A stretch of 64,000 nt of DNA, taken from the NCBI GenBank assembly GCA_965198235.1, contig OZ240248.1:2400001-2464000 (forward strand), given 5' to 3'. The notes under the pieces are model-generated. The model saw only the letters and a program-made list of their open reading frames with translations. It was not told where the DNA came from and did not search any database. The position numbers were made by a program, and so were the translations under genes. Shown piece after piece: positions 40,587 to 50,700 of this stretch. Every line of letters starts with the position of its first letter. Within the stretch, counting starts at the first letter, position 1. The DNA comes from Candidatus Poribacteria bacterium. GTDB lineage: Bacteria > Poribacteria > WGA-4E > WGA-3G.

Positions 40587-41492
40587 CTAAAGTATCTCAT
40601 AGTAGACCTTGGCACTATTGTGCAGTAAACCATTTATGAGTCTACAATAAGAAAAAGTTTCAACATTTGATTGGGTTACTTGACTTCTAAACACCGAAAG
40701 GTTAGTTTTAAGTTTTTCCCATTTGCCGTACAATTTCAAACGGCGTGCCCCGGATAATGATCGATGATCAGGATTTTGGTATATTAAGCACATTTTATGC
40801 TGATTGTATTCCTTCATAATCTGGATGAGTACATCAGATAAACTATTAATGTCTAATATCGGACTCGAAAAAAAATAACAGAAATTAAATATAATCTGTG
40901 TCCTATCACCGTTTTCAATGTATTTGTCCAATAATCTCGTCAAGTGATCGTGACCGTAGTCGCGAATTAACGCAATTTTGTCAAAGAAAGGATCTCTATA
41001 CGTGTTGGGACCATATTTGTTGATTGTTGTCGCCTTATCAAGCATAGTTCGCGAACTATCAATTCCTAAATAAGTAATGTCGCATTGTCCTGCAAAAGCT
41101 CGAAAAGCAATACCTGAAGTTAGTGGACCACAACCGAAATCAATGAATACAACTTTATTCTTTTTCCTTATCGGTGTGAGGCAATTCGTAAAAATGTGAT
41201 AAGAACCAAAAAGGTGCCTCGGCATATGATGGACACAATAGATAGATACCTTGTCTTTTGGAAAATAATATTCATTGGATGGTTTATCAAATGATACTTT
41301 ATCAAAATCGCTCTGTCCTTGTTTCAGGATGCGCGCTATATCTTCCCAGTAGTATATTCTGTTATTTTTAACATCTTCCGATAGTGCTGGTAGATCGTGT
41401 TCAAAGGGTTGTATGATGAGCTCTTCAAACAGATGTTTTAGGCTTTCACCGGGCTTATAATGGTTATCGTGGGAGCAATATATGTAGGACAA
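40587..41492 (-). CDS. SAM-methyltransferase-like protein, copy 2
   Basis: VFIDFGCGPLTSGIAF, YLGIDSS; paralog of 42335..43273. Confidence 0.7.
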   Translation of the reverse strand: MSYIYCSHDNHYKPGESLKHLFEELIIQPFEHDLPALSEDVKNNRIYYWEDIARILKQGQSDFDKVSFDKPSNEYYFPKDKVSIYCVHHMPRHLFGSYHIFTNCLTPIRKKNKVVFIDFGCGPLTSGIAFRAFAGQCDITYLGIDSSRTMLDKATTINKYGPNTYRDPFFDKIALIRDYGHDHLTRLLDKYIENGDRTQIIFNFCYFFSSPILDINSLSDVLIQIMKEYNQHKMCLIYQNPDHRSLSGARRLKLYGKWEKLKTNLSVFRSQVTQSNVETFSYCRLINGLLHNSAKVYYEIL

Positions 41493-41669
41493 ACTTTGAG
41501 GGTCCTTCTCTCTTTAGTTTTGAAGGTGAACTGGAAGACGATTTGAATCGGGATACGCCTTTCCCTGTTGATGCCAGAGAAAAATTGGCGGACGCAGTAG
41601 GGCAAGATTAAAGCAGAACGGTTCTAAAAACGTTCGTTTGATTCTATGAGACGCGGTCGGGAGACCGCG

Positions 41670-42320
41670 CTACTGTTTTATAATCACCTTCCTAAATGTT
41701 AGCGACACCCGTCGCTGCCGCTCATACCTATGTCCATCCAATTCATCCCATTTTCTGGCGGCAATACCGTGCAACCACCTATATCTCGCTTCCTCACTCA
41801 ACACGACAAGGCTTCTTGGCGCAAGCCAAACCGGAATCTTCTTCTTATCGGATTTGTTTGTGAAATCCATAACACAACCCGATCCCAAACTCAAAGAGAC
41901 AATCGTATCTTTAAAACAGGGTTCGCAATCAATGTGACTTGAGATTCCTTGTCCGGGCAGGTATTCATTGACAATCACCTGATCGGCGACTTCCGGCATG
42001 TACCTGTCCTCATATAATTTTTCACTCAGTCGGTTCAGCCATTCTGGTAACTCGCCAATATGCATGTCCATGTCCACTTTCCGTGCTTTGTAGTTGTACT
42101 TAAAACCGTAATGCTGAACCCGCCGCTTTAGGTCATCGAGCCATTGGTGTTTGTCAATCCGCGCTAACGACCAATCATGTTGTACCTCGTCAATATAGTT
42201 TTCTACATATCGGAGACCTCCGATTATCGCAATCGCTTCCTGATTCCTTGACCGTAATTGTTGTTTAGCAGATTGCTCCTGCGGTACGGAAGTGAAGTCA
42301 AATTTTAATTGTTGTTGCAT
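41670..42320 (-). CDS. AlkB-like 2OG-Fe(II) dioxygenase
   Basis: RRVQHYG, NEYLPGQGISSHID, SLSLGS, WLHGI, RVSLTFR. Confidence 0.9.
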   Translation of the reverse strand: MQQQLKFDFTSVPQEQSAKQQLRSRNQEAIAIIGGLRYVENYIDEVQHDWSLARIDKHQWLDDLKRRVQHYGFKYNYKARKVDMDMHIGELPEWLNRLSEKLYEDRYMPEVADQVIVNEYLPGQGISSHIDCEPCFKDTIVSLSLGSGCVMDFTNKSDKKKIPVWLAPRSLVVLSEEARYRWLHGIAARKWDELDGHRYERQRRVSLTFRKVIIKQ

Positions 42321-42334
42321 GGATTAATTCTCCA

Positions 42335-43273
42335 TTAAAAAATAGAGGGTAACTCAAATGGATCGTTGGAAAGCTCAGACGGATCGTTAGAAAGTATATC
42401 AAAGTATACATCAATCGGTAAACTTTTACGCCAGATTAACCGCTCATTTTGTAATCTGAACCAATGACAACTAAATTTCTCACTATTTGATTGGGTTATT
42501 TGACTTCTAAAAGTCGAAAGTTTTTCTTTGATAGTAAACCAGTTGCGATGTGAGTCCGGGGACTTGATGGGATTCTGATATATCATGCACATTTTATGTT
42601 GATTGTATTCCGTCACAATCTGAGTAAGGCAGTCAGATAAGGCACCTATGTTTAATGTGTTTAATGTGTTGCTTGCAAGAAAATAGCAAAAGTTAAATAT
42701 GATTTGTGTCCGATCGCCCCTCGTGATGTAATCAGTCAAGTAGTGGTATAATCGGTTGTAGTCAGAAATGTACCAACCTTTTGGAAAGAAAGACTCATCT
42801 TCGTAAGGTCCATGTCGGTTGATTTCCTGAGCCTTATGACGCATATAATGCGAATTATCGATTCCTAAATAAGTGATGTTGCGATGTCTTGCAAAAGTTG
42901 TCCAAAACGCAATGCCTGAAGTTAAAGGTCCGCAACCAAAGTCAACAAATACAACTTTATCGTTCACGGATGGGAGGTAATTCGTGAAAATATGATAAGA
43001 ACCAAAAAGGTGCATCGGCATATAATGGAGACAATAGATTAACACCTTTTCTTTTCCAGTAAGTCCTTCGAAAGGTTCATCAAAATTGGTCCGCCCTTGT
43101 TCTAGGATTGTCTCCCTATAGTATTTGAAGTCTTTGTTTCTCACATGGTCTACCCATGCTTGGGTCAGTGGATTAGGATCTTCAAATGGTTTAACTACTA
43201 ATTCTTTAAACAACTCTGATAAACTTTCACCAGGCGTATAGTAGTTATCGTGATGGGAGATAATATAGGACAT
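42335..43273 (-). CDS. SAM-methyltransferase-like protein, copy 1
   Basis: YMPMHL, VFVDFGCGPLTSGIAF, YLGIDNS; RBS AGGAG before ATG 43273. Confidence 0.7.
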   Translation of the reverse strand: MSYIISHHDNYYTPGESLSELFKELVVKPFEDPNPLTQAWVDHVRNKDFKYYRETILEQGRTNFDEPFEGLTGKEKVLIYCLHYMPMHLFGSYHIFTNYLPSVNDKVVFVDFGCGPLTSGIAFWTTFARHRNITYLGIDNSHYMRHKAQEINRHGPYEDESFFPKGWYISDYNRLYHYLTDYITRGDRTQIIFNFCYFLASNTLNTLNIGALSDCLTQIVTEYNQHKMCMIYQNPIKSPDSHRNWFTIKEKLSTFRSQITQSNSEKFSCHWFRLQNERLIWRKSLPIDVYFDILSNDPSELSNDPFELPSIF

Positions 43274-43384
43274 TGTTTTAGGATTCTCCTGTAAAATATC
43301 GCGTCCCGTATTCCGCCGTCGAGTAGCGGCTGATAGGAACAATTTTTACTATTTCTCAACAGCATCATATAGTCTCTCCACCGC

Positions 43385-44625
43385 TAGTGTTATGTCAACC
43401 TTGTGTTGATGGATAGAGTTTCTTGAGTTTGATACGTGCGTCGTCGGTAGTAAACTGCCACTTTACAGTAGTATCTTGTTGATTTCTTCGGCTTTGCCAA
43501 GCCTGAATCTCGTGCTTGAGGGTCTGTTGGTCCGGTATACGCCTACAAAGACATTGTCGAGATAGCACGGAAAGTTCAATCTCCGCCACATTTAGCCAAC
43601 TTCCATGCTTCGGAGTATAGTGAAACTCAATCTTTTCAGCAATACGCCTGGCTTGATGTGCTGGAAACGCTTTATACAACGAAGCCGGCTTATGCGTATT
43701 GAGATTATCGCAAACCAACAGGATCTTTTCGGCATTTGGGAAATGAGCATCCACCAAATCTCGGCAGATGTGAGCAAAATCAATACTTGTGCGTCTATCA
43801 GTGACTTCAACATGCCGAAATCCCTGAAGCGGCGCAAAAATCATGAACAGATTGCTCACGCCATTGCGCTCGTATTCAGAATCATATCGGCTCGGGGAGC
43901 CTGCGATGACCGGCAGAGGTTGCCGAGTTTCTTTGATGTGTTGTTGACTCGTTTCATCAACACAAACTAAAGGATTCACAGCGTCTTTGGGGCACTGATA
44001 GAGGTCTAAGACATCTTCCATCGCAGCGACGAACGCTGCCGAGGCTTTAGGGGGAATACACCATTGTTCCTTTAACCAAGGTCTGAGTTCGTTTTTTTTA
44101 GAACCTGTCGTATCGTTTCATGAGAAATACTTGAAAAATGGTTGAGTTCTACCATTTTCTCTGCTAAGAGGCGAAGCGTCCACCTTGAGAAACCCTTTGG
44201 GGCTTCTGAACAGGCTAAAGCGATCAGATGTGCCTCTTTTTCGCCATCAAACTTTTGCCGTCTTGGAGCCTCGGAACGCTTTTGAGGAGTCAGAGCGGCT
44301 GCGAATCCTTGAAGGACAAAGACCTTACGGACTCGCTGAATCGTGGGGATTGAGACTTCAATGGCTGCTTCTATCTGTTCATCAGTGTAGGCGGGACCAA
44401 ACTCGCCTGCGTCCGCTTTCAACAAGATTCTCGCACGCGTGAGTTTTCGAGCCGATTCTCTGCCCGAAGATATCAAATCAATGAGAGAATCTCGTTGACA
44501 GGGATCAAGTTCGACTATGTATCGTTTCGCTGGCATAAGAGACTCCAAGTTATAGCATTTATATTCTTGAGTCTAAGAATACCATCTTTCACATTAACTA
44601 TCAAACTAATTTTGACAGACCACTA
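43385..44625 (-). mobile_element. IS630-family insertion sequence
   Basis: Imperfect IRs TAGTGTTATGTCAA / (revcomp) TAGTGGTCTGTCAA, CTAG at both junctions, two-ORF transposase. Confidence 0.9.
43395..44548 (-). CDS. IS630 transposase, orfA+orfB joined by a probable -1 frameshift at A8 (44092-44099)
   Basis: HTH orfA (RWTLRLLA), DDE orfB (VDETS, CDNLNTH, SWLNVAEIE); the shifted frame reads LKKNELRPWLKEQWCIPP. Confidence 0.85.
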
Positions 44626-44708
44626 GATGCATTAATTGAAAACTTGCGTCGTCTTGCTAACGTTCAATGTGAGTTGTTTACCAGCAATTTATCTGGTGCC
44701 ATAGGAAT

Positions 44709-44737
44709 AGTATAACGGGTAACATCACCTTTTTCAA
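44709..44737 (-). promoter_or_regulatory. sigma70-type promoter facing the MTase/AlkB genes, on the far side of IS630
   Basis: TTGAAA - 17 nt - TATACT on the minus strand. Confidence 0.55.
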
Positions 44738-44958
44738 GGCAATCTTTGCTTTACACAGACACAGAGACGGGACTGGTTTCCAATTCACCACGATTCGGGC
44801 GCGAGCAGAGATCCTCCCACTTAATTCGTTAAAATGATAACATATTTGCAAAGCAGATTAAGGAAAAAACGGATGAGGAGCAGATGTGTTTAGGTGCTGC
44901 TATGCGCAAATCAGCAGCGCATCGACACTAACAAAACCGAGATGATAGGGGATTGAGA

Positions 44959-45972
44959 CTACAGATCGGCGACTAATTCCTCGTGGTATGCAAAGAGTGC
45001 CGGGGTACCGCCCGTGTGCAAGAAAATGACGGTATCGTCGCGTCCCAGTTTGCCCTGTTGGATGTGGTCAATAAGGCATGCCATCGCTTTGGCGGTATAG
45101 ACGGGGTCAAGGAAGATACCCTCCGTTTTGGCAACGAGTTTGAGGGCATCAATACATTCTGGTGTGAGATAGCCGTAAGCCTCTCCAATGTAGTCATCTG
45201 TATTTTGAATATCCGCTTCGGTAACGCGGGTGTCCAATCCTAAAAGGTCAGCGGCACTGTTTGCAGCAGCACTGAGCCGTTCAAGTTTATTCTCCCAAAC
45301 AATGGGGGCAATACCGAACGGCTTCATTTTCAACCCAAGCGTTTTGGTGCCGAGGACAAGTCCTGCCTGTGTGCCACCTACGGAAGCGGTATAAATCCAA
45401 TCGGCATCAATACCCAGTTGTTCTTGCTGTTGTGCAATTTCAGCGATGCACCATGTAAAAGCAACAGCGGCAAGCGCAGTGGACCGCGGTGATGCAACGA
45501 CATAAGGCTTCAGACCTCGTTTCTTGAGATCTTCCGCCAGTTCGTATTTTACGATGTCTAATTCGGGTCCGAATGGAACATCGACAACTTCGACTTCGGC
45601 ACCTGCTAAGTTATCTAACAGTAGATTGCCTTGAAGGATACTCTTGTGGTCCCGTGCGAGACGCAAGTAGCAGTTGAGCCCAAGTTTACCGCAAGCAGCG
45701 GCGGCTTGTCTACAGTGATTGGATTGCGATGCCGCGCCGTGTACAATCGTATCGGCACCTTGTGCAACAGCATCACCAATTGTGAAGGTGAGTTGTCTGA
45801 CCTTGTTTCCGCCAAATGCCAAACCCGAGCAGTCTTCACGTTTGATGAAAATGCGCGGACCGCTGAGTGCCTCAGAGAGTCGTGGGCATTCCTCAAGCGG
45901 TGTCGGAAAGTGGCCGAGGTCGACTTGTGGTATCTGTGAAACTTTCTGAATTAAGTCCTTACCAATCTTCAT
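44959..45972 (-). CDS. D-cysteine desulfhydrase / ACC deaminase family PLP enzyme
   Basis: FPTPLE, KREDC, GGNKVR, QSNH, LDPVYTAK, HTGG. Confidence 0.9.
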   Translation of the reverse strand: MKIGKDLIQKVSQIPQVDLGHFPTPLEECPRLSEALSGPRIFIKREDCSGLAFGGNKVRQLTFTIGDAVAQGADTIVHGAASQSNHCRQAAAACGKLGLNCYLRLARDHKSILQGNLLLDNLAGAEVEVVDVPFGPELDIVKYELAEDLKKRGLKPYVVASPRSTALAAVAFTWCIAEIAQQQEQLGIDADWIYTASVGGTQAGLVLGTKTLGLKMKPFGIAPIVWENKLERLSAAANSAADLLGLDTRVTEADIQNTDDYIGEAYGYLTPECIDALKLVAKTEGIFLDPVYTAKAMACLIDHIQQGKLGRDDTVIFLHTGGTPALFAYHEELVADL

Positions 45973-45976
45973 CTGT

Positions 45977-47572
45977 CTACTCCGCTTCAATAACGACAGC
46001 CATTTGACTGACCCGTTTTCCATCCTTGGACTGTAAGCCTGGTGTGACGACCTCAATGATGGTTTCTGAGTCAAATTCACTGATGCAGGCACCTTTTACC
46101 TTGTGATGATTAGATGATACCTTCGTTTTCCCGGTTTCAATCGGAATGACTTCGGAATCAACAAGATCTAAAAACCAAGTGAGACGTTTGGGTAACGCGT
46201 TACTGTGCGTGCTTTTGGCGATCTCAACAAAAAGAAAATCGCGGACGAACTCGATGAGGAACTTCTTGAAAACGATCACCTCAATCTTCGCTGCGTGTTT
46301 CTTTTCCTGCTCGATTAACTTTTTCGTGAAGCGTTGGAGATAGGCATCACATTCGCTCTGAATTTTCTCCACATCGCGTTCGTTTTCGGCGAGAAGATCA
46401 GGGAATAATGTTGGTGAGGGTGTAGAAACACCACGTGTCTGCTTGAGTGTCTGTCTGAGTCGCATGCCGATCTCAGTGAGCGTTTCAACAAGCTGTTTGG
46501 TTTCAGGTGTAGCACGCCTTGTCTCTTTCTGCCATGCGGTTACCTCGTTCACCATGAGGTTAAGAAGAAAAATTGCGGTTTCCTCTTCACAGAGCGTCTC
46601 TGGATCCCAATCGCTGAGATTGAGCCCATAGCCTTCATTGTAATCCTTCTCTAACTTGGAGAGTTTATCCTGAAATTCGTCTTGAATGGTTTCGCTTCTT
46701 GCCTGATAGTAAGCCTTGCTACGTCTTCTGTCAGCAGGAAATCCCAATGCTTGAGCAAACTGCCCCAAAATTCCTTTCCTTTTCTGTTTTGAAGTTGCTC
46801 TACCGGTATGAGGGGAGTTATCTGTCCCTGTTGCTGTCGCCTGCGGTTTCCCTCGCTTTGCAAGCGTGCTTGCTGGCAGGGACGGAACTGTGATTTTAAA
46901 CTCAAGGTTAGTGTCTACATTGACTGCCCGTGATTTAGGAACAACATGTATAGACGAGGATACTTCTGTCGGTTCCTGTTCGATTTCAGGGGCGATCGGC
47001 GGTGCCGGTTCTGCAGTATGTGCTTCGGGATCGCTCGGGATCACAGGTGCTTCTACTGGTTCAGGTTCGTGCCGAACGACTACTTTTTCAACAGGTTCTT
47101 CTACTGGTTTAGGCTCACGAGGAACGACTACTTTTTCAGCGTGTTGTGTTGTTGCAATCTCGGATTCGAGATGAGTGTATTTGTCTATGTTACTGTGGTT
47201 CCTCAAAAGGGATGTATCAGCCACAGGCACGGGGTCCTCTACTAAATCCTCTGCTGGCAATTTAACTCTGAGTTGGTCCAATTCCGCCAATATTTTTTCG
47301 ATACGAGCGGAAATCGGATCCGCATTATCAATAAAAAAGGTCAGTCGGTGTGCTTCGAGGACCTCCGCTGGGAGGTGCAGCAAGACAGGTGTGGCGGTTA
47401 ACTGAAACTGCCTCCAATTGGCGAGTCCGCTCATGGCTAATTTCTGATACATTACGCGCACTTGTCTTTCGTCGCTAATCAGATTCCGGAGACTCATATA
47501 GGTACGAGTGCCTTCAATACTAAATGATATCTCAATATCTCGGAAACGACCTGTTACGCTATTCCTGGACAT
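45977..47572 (-). CDS. Hypothetical protein, Pro/Glu-rich linker and GrpE-like C-terminus
   Basis: EKVVVP/REP repeats; C-terminal IIEVVTPGLQ...RV..AVV resembles the GrpE beta-domain. Confidence 0.5.
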   Translation of the reverse strand: MSRNSVTGRFRDIEISFSIEGTRTYMSLRNLISDERQVRVMYQKLAMSGLANWRQFQLTATPVLLHLPAEVLEAHRLTFFIDNADPISARIEKILAELDQLRVKLPAEDLVEDPVPVADTSLLRNHSNIDKYTHLESEIATTQHAEKVVVPREPKPVEEPVEKVVVRHEPEPVEAPVIPSDPEAHTAEPAPPIAPEIEQEPTEVSSSIHVVPKSRAVNVDTNLEFKITVPSLPASTLAKRGKPQATATGTDNSPHTGRATSKQKRKGILGQFAQALGFPADRRRSKAYYQARSETIQDEFQDKLSKLEKDYNEGYGLNLSDWDPETLCEEETAIFLLNLMVNEVTAWQKETRRATPETKQLVETLTEIGMRLRQTLKQTRGVSTPSPTLFPDLLAENERDVEKIQSECDAYLQRFTKKLIEQEKKHAAKIEVIVFKKFLIEFVRDFLFVEIAKSTHSNALPKRLTWFLDLVDSEVIPIETGKTKVSSNHHKVKGACISEFDSETIIEVVTPGLQSKDGKRVSQMAVVIEAE

Positions 47573-47796
47573 GTTATGCTTCTCCTTGAAAATCTCTCAT
47601 ATAATATAATTAAGACCGAACATGAGCTTAATGGATAGTATCAGATTAAGCAATTTAACGTTTTTTGTCCATTGGCGTTACAAAATTTTTTCTGTTCGGC
47701 TGTTTTCTTAACCAAGATTCACAGAATTAGAGCCCTGATTTACGAAATTAGAGGGCTTCTGGACTACAACAATTGTTCCGAGTAAGAATAGAAAAT

Positions 47797-50700
47797 TCAC
47801 CTCTTGATGAGCATTTTCCGAGTCGCATGGAAAGTTCCAGTTTGAATTGCGTAAAAATATACGCCGCTTGCGACAGATTCACCGGTGGCGTTACGACCAT
47901 CCCAATAAGCGGTGTGTGAACCTGCCTTGCGGTAGCCGAGTGCTTTAAAATAGATACGCCTCCCTTGGGCATCATAAATATGAAGGGACACGTTCATATC
48001 TGAGGCGAGTTGATACGGGATCCATGTCTCTGGGTTAAATGGGTTAGGGAAATTTTGGTTTAAACGGTTGACTAACGTAGGTTTAACGGCGTTGGGAGTC
48101 CAGTCAGATTGCGTAGGTTCTTCCACAGCAAGCGAATAGCCTTCTGGGTGCACACGAAAGATCCGAAGTTGATACAGATCCGCGACATAGAGGGCACTTC
48201 CTACTGACTTCAATTCAAACGGGAACCTGAGTCCACGAAAGCTTGAGGTGGCTGTCAACGTGCGTGTGTCAATAACCTGAACGCTATTGCTATCGAGTAG
48301 ATAGAGAGAGTCGCCACTTACGGTCGCATCGATTGGGAGGGCATCATTCTCGTATGCGTCTTGCAACTTCGGGTTGTTCGGTTCAGACACATCAAGCACT
48401 GCGACACCGATGCTACTGTCCAACAGGTAAGCACGTTCATCCGAGAGCGCAACGCCTGTTGCATTTCCTTGCGTAGCGTAACTTCCGACCAGACGCGGGA
48501 CTGCCGGTCCTGTAATGTCGAAAACGTGCAGTCCTCCTTCAAGAGCGGCGACATAGGCGTGTACAGGTGGGTTGGTATCGACGACAACACGATAAGCACT
48601 CCCTGGCATGTCGCGTTTGGATACAATTCTGCTTTGCTGAGGAGCCCGACTATCAACAACAATGAGGGATCCTGTGCAGAGGTAGGCGTAACCTTCGTGT
48701 AACGCGATGTCCGAAACGGGTGAAGTTGTCGGAATATGCGAGGCAATCGTATCTGTAGCGAGATTGACAACGTACATTCCCGTCTCAGCAGCGACGAAGC
48801 CATACCCATTTTGGACGCGAATTTTGGTGCCGCTTGCAGCCTCAAACTGGTTGTTAGAGGTGATGATCTTCGTAGACAACGGCAGTTTTTTTGTCACGCT
48901 GCCATGATAAGGTGTCGTAAATTCGAGGGCTTTCAATCCGCCTACACCGTTTGCGACGTAGACAGTCCGTTCGCCCGCGTCTGTCTCAACGATGTCAAGT
49001 CCATAAGCTGTGCCACCAGATGCGTACCGATGTAACCACTTCGGCGATTCTGATTCGCTTATGTCTATTGTTTGGATTCCGCCCTTTCCATCAGCGATGT
49101 ATGCGAGTGTATCTCTGAGGACTATATCGGTTGCATTGCCGGATGTAGGTTGTGTGGAAATTCGCCGTGGCTGTTGTGGGTTACGCACATTGATAATATG
49201 GAGTCCTGTTTGCCGGTCCGTAAGATAAACGGTGTCGTTACGGAATTGAATACCTGTGGCAAGTCCTGGTGTATTAAGGCGGAAATCTATTTCGGGATTT
49301 TGGTTATCCGTAACATCCACTAAGATGAGGTTGCCTGAGGCGACATAGGCGTGGGTTGTCCCTCGTGTCTCTTCGATCTCATGGGCAGTGGCTAAAATTG
49401 GCACAACACTGCGCACAACAAAATCACCGAATGGACTTGGATCAAGAATAAGAAGCCCATGTCTATCATCACTGAAATAGACAGTACCGTTGTGGATGGC
49501 AACATTGATCGGCGTGCCTGCAGTGCGAAAGAAACGTCGGGGTCGAGGCACTTGCATATTGTGGACATCCCGTAAGTTGAAAACAAGCATTCCGCGCTCA
49601 CGGTCAAGCGCGTATAGTTTGTCATCAGCGACTCGAACTCTGTGTACACTTGTAAACCCACCAAGTGTCTTTACAATACTCGGCTTGCTTGGGACTGCAA
49701 TATCAATGACCTGTACACCTATAGCACCGTCAGCGACGTAAGCAGTATCTCCCGCAACGGCGACAGATCGCGCCCTGCCCGGCGTGGCAATCTCACCAAT
49801 TCGGGCGGGTTGTGTCGGTTCTATCAACGTGAAGATTTCAAGCCCCCAATCACTCGCTGCGTAAAGATGGGAGGCATTCGGATCACCGATTACAAGGTCG
49901 GTATAATCACTGGCAAGATGAATTTGGGTCCTCGGTTCAAGCTGCGTTTCCGGTGTAAGCTTCGCGGGCGAAGCACTCCGTTGGGTGAGATTGCCGAGGG
50001 CGTAGGTTACAGCGTCAGGCATAGTGTCCGACGCACGCTGGCGTGGGACCTCTACTGCGCCACCGTTGTTGGCGGCGGGCAAATCCACGGCGACATAGCG
50101 GAATGTCTGTGGAACATCTGCCGTTACCATTAGCACAATCTTACCGTCGCGCAGGAGTCCTTCTCGGCGAGGAAACGCCCAAGCAAAAACCCCTCTGTTT
50201 TTCGTGTTAAATGGGATGGGTGTAACAACGGGACGTCCGTTGGATGGCAGATAAAGGGTTGTCGCGTAGAGGTTTCCTGAGCCACTGCCGATCACCGATA
50301 GATTCAAGGTTTCGGGTAGATTCTCAAAGACAATATAGTACGCCCCCCATTGGTCGATGGGAATATTGTTCGCCTCGTTCGGGTAGCTGCGGACGCGCGG
50401 TGTTACAGCACTCACCTTTCGGTTACGTAGGGCAGCGTAACCGAGTTGTTTATTTTGAGCCTGCGTATTGGTCCAATTCGCAAGCCCCCATTTCAGAAAG
50501 ACTTCAGGAAATCTGTCACTCTTTCCGTCGCCTGCCAGGGCAGCGTCAATCGCTTGTTCACCGAGTGCGTCCGTCTCTATAATGCTGCGGATAATCTCCG
50601 GGCCTCCATACTGCTCATAGAGGTAGAGCATGAGCAAAAAGGTCCCGCCGTAATACACATCCGACGTGTTTGTATAGGCAAGCGAAATGCTGGGGTTTGC

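Noticed and set aside
40587-43273. Diversity-generating retroelement (TR/VR) explanation for the two similar MTase genes
   Set aside because: Differences are spread over all bases with indels, and no reverse transcriptase is present; ordinary duplication fits better.
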